From Chlorobiota bacterium (lineage in GTDB: Bacteria > Bacteroidota > Ignavibacteria > Kapaibacteriales > NICIL-2), in the NCBI GenBank assembly GCA_044224515.1, contig JBGAKH010000011.1, forward strand, positions 14,960 to 78,959: DNA of 64,000 nt. The letters run 5' to 3'. Position 1 is the stretch's first letter. Every line of letters starts with the position of its first letter. Shown here in pieces: positions 58,736 through 64,000 of this stretch. Below the pieces are notes generated by a model. It worked only from the letters and a program-made list of their open reading frames with translations, was not told the DNA's origin and searched no databases. The translations under genes and the position numbers were made by a program.

Positions 58736-60688
58736 TTGCGCCACGAGGTCAGTACTGAAACCACCGTAGGGCGCATCGTGGAAATCGCAATCTTTAAATC
58801 AGGCACGCACACCGACTCATCGGGAACAACTGCCGAATTCACGCCAGAACAGATCGTTGCTATGGCTGAGAAAAACACTGCGCGCTACAACCAGAACCAA
58901 TACAAGGTCCCCGCGATAATCTCAGAAGAGGGGCACACCAACAAGAATCTCCCTGCTTACGGCTGGTTTACGACTTTCACGACGCGTGAAGAAGACGGCG
59001 CGACAGTACTCTACGCTGAGCTCGAGGAACCAATGCTCGAAGCGTTCAGCAATGTGATTGCCAACCAGACGTACAAAAACAGGTCAGTGTCGTTCAACAA
59101 CGAAGGTATGATCACGCACGTGGCATTCCTTGGCGCTATGCCTCCTGCGATCAAGGACCTGCCTGAAATCAACATGGCATTATCTGAATGCCGAAGCTTC
59201 AGCGAAGTAAACACCAAGTATGACGAAGCTCAAAACGCGCGCGCAACTCAGTACGCCATCAGCATTAAGTCTCCTGGTGCAAAGCCCGCAGAGAGCTACA
59301 CCGATGAGCAGTATGCCGACCCGGTGAACTACAAGTTCCCTGTAGCATCAAAAGAAATCTGCTCCGCCACACTCGCGTCATGGAGCAAGGACTCATCACA
59401 GGCTGGATACACCGATGCTGAGAAGCAGGTCGTAGCAGCACGCATGGTCAAGGCTGCACTTGCCTACGGCATCACGCTTACGCCGTACTCATGGGCTTAC
59501 ACGGTGCCCGAATCCGGTGTAACAGAGCAGCAAGCTGCTTCAGCCAAGTTCGGTATTGCCATCAAGATGGTTAACTCAGCAAGCTTACCTGAGAATACCC
59601 AGCAAGCCTATCAGAAACCAGCCGCACTCGCTTCACTTACCGACGATCAATTCGGTGATCCGGTGAACTACAGGTTCCCGATCCACAGCAAAGCATACGT
59701 GCTCTCATCGATTAAAGAGTTCGGTTCTTGGGAAAACCGCGACATGTATTCAGAGCAGGAACGACAGTTCATCTTCGCCCGGTTGTTTGAAGCCGCAGAG
59801 GCACTCGGTGTCGACGTTGATAAGATCGGCTTGTCATACTACGCATCCATGACAAAAGGCACCAAGTCTATCACTGCCAAATTCTCAAGCGGCCAGCACA
59901 TCACCGTGCCGGCCGACTCACTTTCAAAGAAACAACTCCTCGACGTTGTATCAAAGCTCTCAGGCACCCCTGGTGCATCTGGTGCTGCAACAAGTCAACA
60001 TGCAAGTAACCCCTCAACTAATCAAGGAACCAGTATGAACGAAGAGCAAATAAAAGCGCTGTTCGAGGAGCTGCTTCAGTGGGCATCCGACACTTTGGGC
60101 GAAGAAGTTGCAACGCAACTCTCGGCAAAGAAGGACGAGCTTCTGACTCAGTATCTCCAACAAGCTGCTGCAGCTGGCACCGATCCCGGTAGCCAAGCAA
60201 GCGCTCAAGGCGGTACCGCTGCTACCGATCCGAAGTATTCGGAAATGCAAGCTGAGATCGACGCGCTCAAAAAGACTAACCGCACAGCGGAGTTTCGCGA
60301 GTTCGCTAAGGATCTGATCTCCAAGGGTCACATTACTCCTGCTCAAGAGCAGATCGTGATGAACCTCATGGAGGCAATGCACGCAGACAAGTCAAGCTTC
60401 TCCTTCACCGAAGGTGGCAAGACCAAGACTGCAAGCCCACTGGATGCTCTCAAGAGCTTCATGTCATCAATCAAGCAAGTCGCAGTAGGCGAGCATGCAA
60501 GTGCAGGTTCTGCATTTGCCGGCTCAAGCAAAGGCAATAACGAATTCTCTGAATTCGGCCAGGTCGACGATGAGCGATTGGAACTCCACAACGCCGCTAT
60601 GAAGCTTGTTGAATCAACAGCTACAAGCGCCAACCCCATTAGTTACGCCCAAGCAATTGTTAAAGTCAGCCAAGGAGTACAAGCGTAA
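58736..60688 (+). CDS. Capsid scaffolding/prohead-protease-like protein with internal duplication and C-terminal coiled coil
   Basis: 650-aa ORF with a TTG start; the true start is uncertain. Two ~60-aa repeats (YTDEQYADPVNYKFPVASK... and LTDDQFGDPVNYRFPIHSK...). Ala/Gln-rich coiled-coil C-terminus. Sits immediately upstream of the capsid gene. Confidence 0.4.
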   Translation: MRHEVSTETTVGRIVEIAIFKSGTHTDSSGTTAEFTPEQIVAMAEKNTARYNQNQYKVPAIISEEGHTNKNLPAYGWFTTFTTREEDGATVLYAELEEPMLEAFSNVIANQTYKNRSVSFNNEGMITHVAFLGAMPPAIKDLPEINMALSECRSFSEVNTKYDEAQNARATQYAISIKSPGAKPAESYTDEQYADPVNYKFPVASKEICSATLASWSKDSSQAGYTDAEKQVVAARMVKAALAYGITLTPYSWAYTVPESGVTEQQAASAKFGIAIKMVNSASLPENTQQAYQKPAALASLTDDQFGDPVNYRFPIHSKAYVLSSIKEFGSWENRDMYSEQERQFIFARLFEAAEALGVDVDKIGLSYYASMTKGTKSITAKFSSGQHITVPADSLSKKQLLDVVSKLSGTPGASGAATSQHASNPSTNQGTSMNEEQIKALFEELLQWASDTLGEEVATQLSAKKDELLTQYLQQAAAAGTDPGSQASAQGGTAATDPKYSEMQAEIDALKKTNRTAEFREFAKDLISKGHITPAQEQIVMNLMEAMHADKSSFSFTEGGKTKTASPLDALKSFMSSIKQVAVGEHASAGSAFAGSSKGNNEFSEFGQVDDERLELHNAAMKLVESTATSANPISYAQAIVKVSQGVQA

Positions 60689-61656
60689 TGAGTAAGATCA
60701 CTCAAAATCGGATCGTAGATCCAGTACTCACGACACTTGCGCGTGGGTACAAAAACTCTGCCTTTGTTGGCGAGAACCTTTTCCCAACCGTTATGGTTGA
60801 TAAGGAAACGGGTCGCATCCCGCTCTTCGGCAAAGACGCATTCAAGGTGTACAACACCAAGCGTGCTCCAACAGCGGCGTCCAACGTGCGCACGATTGAC
60901 GGCGTGCACAACATCCGCTTTGTGCTCGATGAGCATGACCTTGTGACTCCGGTTGATTACCGAGAAGAAAAGGAAGCGGCGTACAGTTTGGAAGCTCGAG
61001 CAACTGCTGTGAATCAAGCATCCATCGAACTCGAGATGGAAGTTCATGCAGCCAACTATGCGCAGGACATCGCTGCATACCATACCAATAACAAACTTCA
61101 GATGACATCCGGTGACTACTTCGATGAGTCCGGCGGTGATCCTGAAGCAGTTATCAGCGACTCGATTGAGACGCTGCGCTCCATTATCGGCGTTCGTCCG
61201 AACGTGTGTGTTATCGGCGGCAAGGTGTTCAAGGGTCTCAAGAAGAGTCCGAAGCTCAAGACCGCGTTGCAATACGCAACAGGTGGAGTGATTGGACTTG
61301 CACAGCTCAAGCAGCAATTCCAACTCGACAACATCGTAGTTGGTGAAGCTGTCTACGCCAACGCTTCAGATGGCGCCTTCGGTGACGTCTGGGGTAACAA
61401 CATCATTCTTGCTTATGTCGCTCCGCAGGCAGCAGACACTCGCAATCCGAACGAGCCAAGCTTTGGTTATCGTTTGCGCGTGAAGGGTCAGCCGGTCGTA
61501 GACAAGATCGAGATGAACCCTGGCAAGGTGTACGGCGTTCGTAACACGGACATCACAAACGTCTTCCGCACCGGCGTTGTAAACACTGGCACCGAGTCAA
61601 GCCCAACATGGGTAATCGAGTCAGCGTACATCATCTACGACTGCGTTACTCCCTAA
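60688..61656 (+). CDS. Major capsid protein (lambda E/Mu T-like)
   Basis: 322 aa, directly follows the scaffold gene with an ATGA overlap. Size and position, with no strong motif. Confidence 0.5.
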   Translation: MSKITQNRIVDPVLTTLARGYKNSAFVGENLFPTVMVDKETGRIPLFGKDAFKVYNTKRAPTAASNVRTIDGVHNIRFVLDEHDLVTPVDYREEKEAAYSLEARATAVNQASIELEMEVHAANYAQDIAAYHTNNKLQMTSGDYFDESGGDPEAVISDSIETLRSIIGVRPNVCVIGGKVFKGLKKSPKLKTALQYATGGVIGLAQLKQQFQLDNIVVGEAVYANASDGAFGDVWGNNIILAYVAPQAADTRNPNEPSFGYRLRVKGQPVVDKIEMNPGKVYGVRNTDITNVFRTGVVNTGTESSPTWVIESAYIIYDCVTP

Positions 61657-61758
61657 CGCCACCACGTTATAAACTGACGAATCACGAGGCTTAGCTCACA
61701 ACGACTAGCCTCGTGGTTTTGCAGGAACTAGTTAGTACCACAACTCCTCTAAACGACG

Positions 61759-62061
61759 ATGAAATTCAAAGTCCAAGGTCAGTGCTTCTATGCGAACCGT
61801 ACGGTTCACATGCCAGGTGCAGTAATCGAACTCGACGAAAAGTATGCTGGTCATCCTGCTCTTTTGCTACTTGATTCGGTTGTTGAACCGGATGCGCCAC
61901 TCATGGCCGGTGCAGAAAGCAGCGATGCTGTTAGTACGACTTCTGAGCCAGTAGAAGAGGTACCTGCAGATGAGGCTGAAACAACAGCCTCAGAGCCTGA
62001 GCCTAGCGCCTTTGATGACATCATTTCTGTAGTTCCAAAATCCAAAACGAAGAAAGGTTAA
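61759..62061 (+). CDS. Hypothetical head-associated protein
   Basis: 100 aa with an acidic/Ser-Thr-rich C-terminal half. Confidence 0.3.
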   Translation: MKFKVQGQCFYANRTVHMPGAVIELDEKYAGHPALLLLDSVVEPDAPLMAGAESSDAVSTTSEPVEEVPADEAETTASEPEPSAFDDIISVVPKSKTKKG

Positions 62062-62063
62062 TC

Positions 62064-62411
62064 ATGCCTGTTACAGTTCAAGACACATTTAAGCCTGGTT
62101 TAAGCCACAGCATCCCTGCAACAGCAGACATCACAGAAGGATGCTTTGTCAGTTTCTCCGGTGGCCTGTGTGGTAATCATGCTCAGGCGCTTGGCGTATG
62201 TAGCCAAGATGTAGACTCCGGTGATGAAATGCCGGTAGTGCTGGACGGTATTGTTTCGGTTGAACTTGCCGGAACGGTTGCGGTAGGTGACGCACTCACT
62301 TCCAACGCAAGCGGCAAAGCGATCAAGTCAACAGACTCCACGTGGGCTGTCAATGGCTGGGCGCTGAAGGCTGGCGTAAGTGGCGAGTTTATCCCGGTTA
62401 AGCTTCAGTAA
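62064..62411 (+). CDS. DUF2190-like head decoration/cement protein
   Basis: 115 aa, Gly/Val-rich beta protein that immediately follows the capsid module. Confidence 0.35.
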   Translation: MPVTVQDTFKPGLSHSIPATADITEGCFVSFSGGLCGNHAQALGVCSQDVDSGDEMPVVLDGIVSVELAGTVAVGDALTSNASGKAIKSTDSTWAVNGWALKAGVSGEFIPVKLQ

Positions 62412-62478
62412 TCAAGAGGGGGGCGCAGGCTGTATTCCGTGCCATGCGTCCCCAGCTTTTATCTAGAGAGAGCATGCG

Positions 62479-62892
62479 ATGTACTGCACGGTTGACGACA
62501 TAGAGCAGGAACTCGGAGCAACAACGCTCGCGGAGTTGTCAAGCGAAAATGGGGACACCATCGACGCAACTGTCGTTGAAGCTTACATTGCTGAAGAGAG
62601 CGGAGTCATTGACTCCTATCTGCGTCTTCGCTATGTAACTCCCGTCTCGCCGGCTCCCATCCCGATCAAGAAGTACACACGACGACTTGTTGTGCTGGAC
62701 CTCTACCGCAAACGTAATCGCTCGCTCACGCAAGATGAATCCTCGGAGTTCGACTCCATTATGGAGTGGCTTACTCAAGTCCGCAAAGGGCTTGTTAGCA
62801 TAGACGCCGAGGTATTAGAATCTACGTCTGGGCGAAGCGCACACTCAAGAGCAAACTACCGCACGCCAGTAATCTCCACGGAGGGTTACTAA
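62479..62892 (+). CDS. Mu gp36-like (DUF1320) head-tail connector/completion protein
   Basis: 137 aa. DIEQELGATTLAELS...IDSYLRLRYVTPV resembles the DUF1320 RY..P signature. Confidence 0.45.
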   Translation: MYCTVDDIEQELGATTLAELSSENGDTIDATVVEAYIAEESGVIDSYLRLRYVTPVSPAPIPIKKYTRRLVVLDLYRKRNRSLTQDESSEFDSIMEWLTQVRKGLVSIDAEVLESTSGRSAHSRANYRTPVISTEGY

Positions 62893-63344
62893 TGCGTGCG
62901 ACGACAATTGAGCAAACGATCGTTGACAAGTTGACAGCTGAGTTTGAGCGGGTGATAGGGGTCGAGAGATACCCAAACAACCCCACCTCTTATAAGCTCA
63001 CTCATCCTAAAGGTGTTGTGCTGGTCCGATACAACGGCACCAACTTCGCCAACCCGGTAGGCGCGTCTGCAAACACAGGTCTTCAGACCGGACTAATGGA
63101 GTGGGAGTTTGTGATCATCATGCGCAATCTGCGTTTTGATCGTAATCAGGAGGGAGTGTACGAATTGCTTGAACGCGTGCGTGCTGCGATATGCGCTCTG
63201 TATATCAAGGGTCACGGATTCTTCTACCAGACGAATGAAGACTTCTTGGCAGAATCAGAGGGGATATGGCAGTATGGAATGCACTTCATGCTTCCGCGCA
63301 TTTACCGCAGAGGTGTTGAAGAAGTTGATCCGGAGGAGAACTAG
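62892..63344 (+). CDS. Hypothetical phage neck/tail protein
   Basis: 150 aa, ATGA-coupled to gp36-like. Confidence 0.35.
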   Translation: MRATTIEQTIVDKLTAEFERVIGVERYPNNPTSYKLTHPKGVVLVRYNGTNFANPVGASANTGLQTGLMEWEFVIIMRNLRFDRNQEGVYELLERVRAAICALYIKGHGFFYQTNEDFLAESEGIWQYGMHFMLPRIYRRGVEEVDPEEN

Positions 63345-63724
63345 TGGCAAACGTACTCGAAATAACTGCCGGCAACGATGAAGACTTCGAGATCGTAGTC
63401 ACAGAGGTTGATCCTGACACGGAAATAGAAACCGCAGTCGACATCACCGGCTACACCTTCTTCTTCACAGCCAAAGAGCAGAACGTAATCTCGACGGATG
63501 CTGATGATAACGACGCTCTTGTGAAAGTCACATGGACGGATCACTCCGTGCCACTTGAAGGCAAGACCGTGCTACTGATTCCAAACGCATCGACACGGGA
63601 CTTAAAGCCTGGTGACTTGTGGTTTGGTATCAAGTACAAGACAGCCGGTGGCATTATCAAAAACTTAGAGCTTGGAACGGACACACTTCGCGTTCGTCGC
63701 CAGGTAACAAACCGGATATCATGA
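63344..63724 (+). CDS. Hypothetical phage structural protein
   Basis: 126 aa, ATGA-coupled. Confidence 0.35.
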   Translation: MANVLEITAGNDEDFEIVVTEVDPDTEIETAVDITGYTFFFTAKEQNVISTDADDNDALVKVTWTDHSVPLEGKTVLLIPNASTRDLKPGDLWFGIKYKTAGGIIKNLELGTDTLRVRRQVTNRIS

Positions 63725-64000
63725 GTGGCATCATCAAAGCACGCATATCGCGACCTCGGATACTGGCAACGATCAAGCGTGGCGCTACGATCGCAGCTCA
63801 CATCAGCGGATCGCGCACTGTCGTTCATACTGGTGCAACAACGGTTATTAACGAGACTCCATCGGGTGCCGTTGATGGATCAAATGCAACGTTTAGTGTA
63901 AGTCTCGATTTCGTGCCTGAATCCGTCGAGGTCATACTGAATGGATTATCTCTGAGACCGATCGACGACTTTGTTACATCCGGAGTTCGCAGTGTTCACC
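63721..64000 (+). CDS. Phage structural protein (partial, runs off window)
   Basis: Starts MSGIIKARISRPRILATIKRG with an ATGA overlap; truncated by the window end. Confidence 0.3.
   Translation, partial: MSGIIKARISRPRILATIKRGATIAAHISGSRTVVHTGATTVINETPSGAVDGSNATFSVSLDFVPESVEVILNGLSLRPIDDFVTSGVRSVH

Noticed and set aside
25296-64000. Transposable Mu-like phage
   Set aside because: Despite Mor-, F-, G-, gp29- and gp36-like genes, there is no DDE transposase A or B-ATPase gene and no Mu ends. The element instead carries a tyrosine integrase and a LexA-like repressor.
15000-64000. Diversity-generating retroelement or retron associated with the BNR/T9SS paralogs
   Set aside because: No reverse-transcriptase ORF (no YxDD motif protein) was found anywhere in the window. 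The near-identical repeats are explained by duplicated G-like genes.

Overview
Overall this is a Bacteroidota-type sequence: about 15 kb of chromosomal genes, then a decayed prophage remnant, then an integrated prophage that runs off the right edge of the window. All annotation below comes from reading the ORF translations and the DNA by eye; no searches were run.

The window is ~50% GC. Many encoded proteins end in a type IX secretion (T9SS/Por) C-terminal sorting domain, which points to Bacteroidota or a close FCB-group relative.

1..~13.9 kb (ordinary chromosomal genes): a BNR-repeat protein, an S8 subtilisin and an SGNH-type esterase, all with T9SS CTDs; a Gly/Ser-repeat protein; a DcuC-like transporter; an NAD-binding oxidoreductase; and MgtE.

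~14..24.9 kb (accessory region, apparently a decayed prophage remnant): four T9SS-CTD/BNR cargo genes, two decayed copies of a phage virion-morphogenesis gene, an IS3-type transposase tail, and att-like short repeats.

25.3..64 kb (prophage, continues beyond the window):
- Tyrosine integrase at the left end.
- A ~10 kb moron/defense island (26.5-36 kb). It holds a Gp37/Gp68 three-Cys protein with a Rossmann-fold partner, an Abi-like singleton, predicted outer-membrane and secreted proteins, and a four-gene operon built around a DNA-methyltransferase::Mrr-nuclease fusion with two small membrane proteins and an unknown 319-aa protein. This operon is the strongest candidate for an undescribed defense system.
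- A CI-like S24 repressor co-transcribed with a secreted protein, followed by an early region: Cro/RHH/HTH proteins, a PD-(D/E)XK nuclease, an SMC-like ATPase, a DnaQ-like exonuclease, a Prim-Pol/P4-type primase, a SNF2/DEAH helicase and a VRR-NUC protein.
- An iteron-rich candidate origin, a tRNA-like element, and a Mor-like late activator.
- Two secreted cargo genes, then Mu-like morphogenesis genes in a divergent arrangement: ParB::MTase, TerS, TerL, portal, F-like and G-like on the minus strand; scaffold, major capsid, decoration and gp36-like proteins on the plus strand.

No rRNA, CRISPR array or reverse transcriptase was found.
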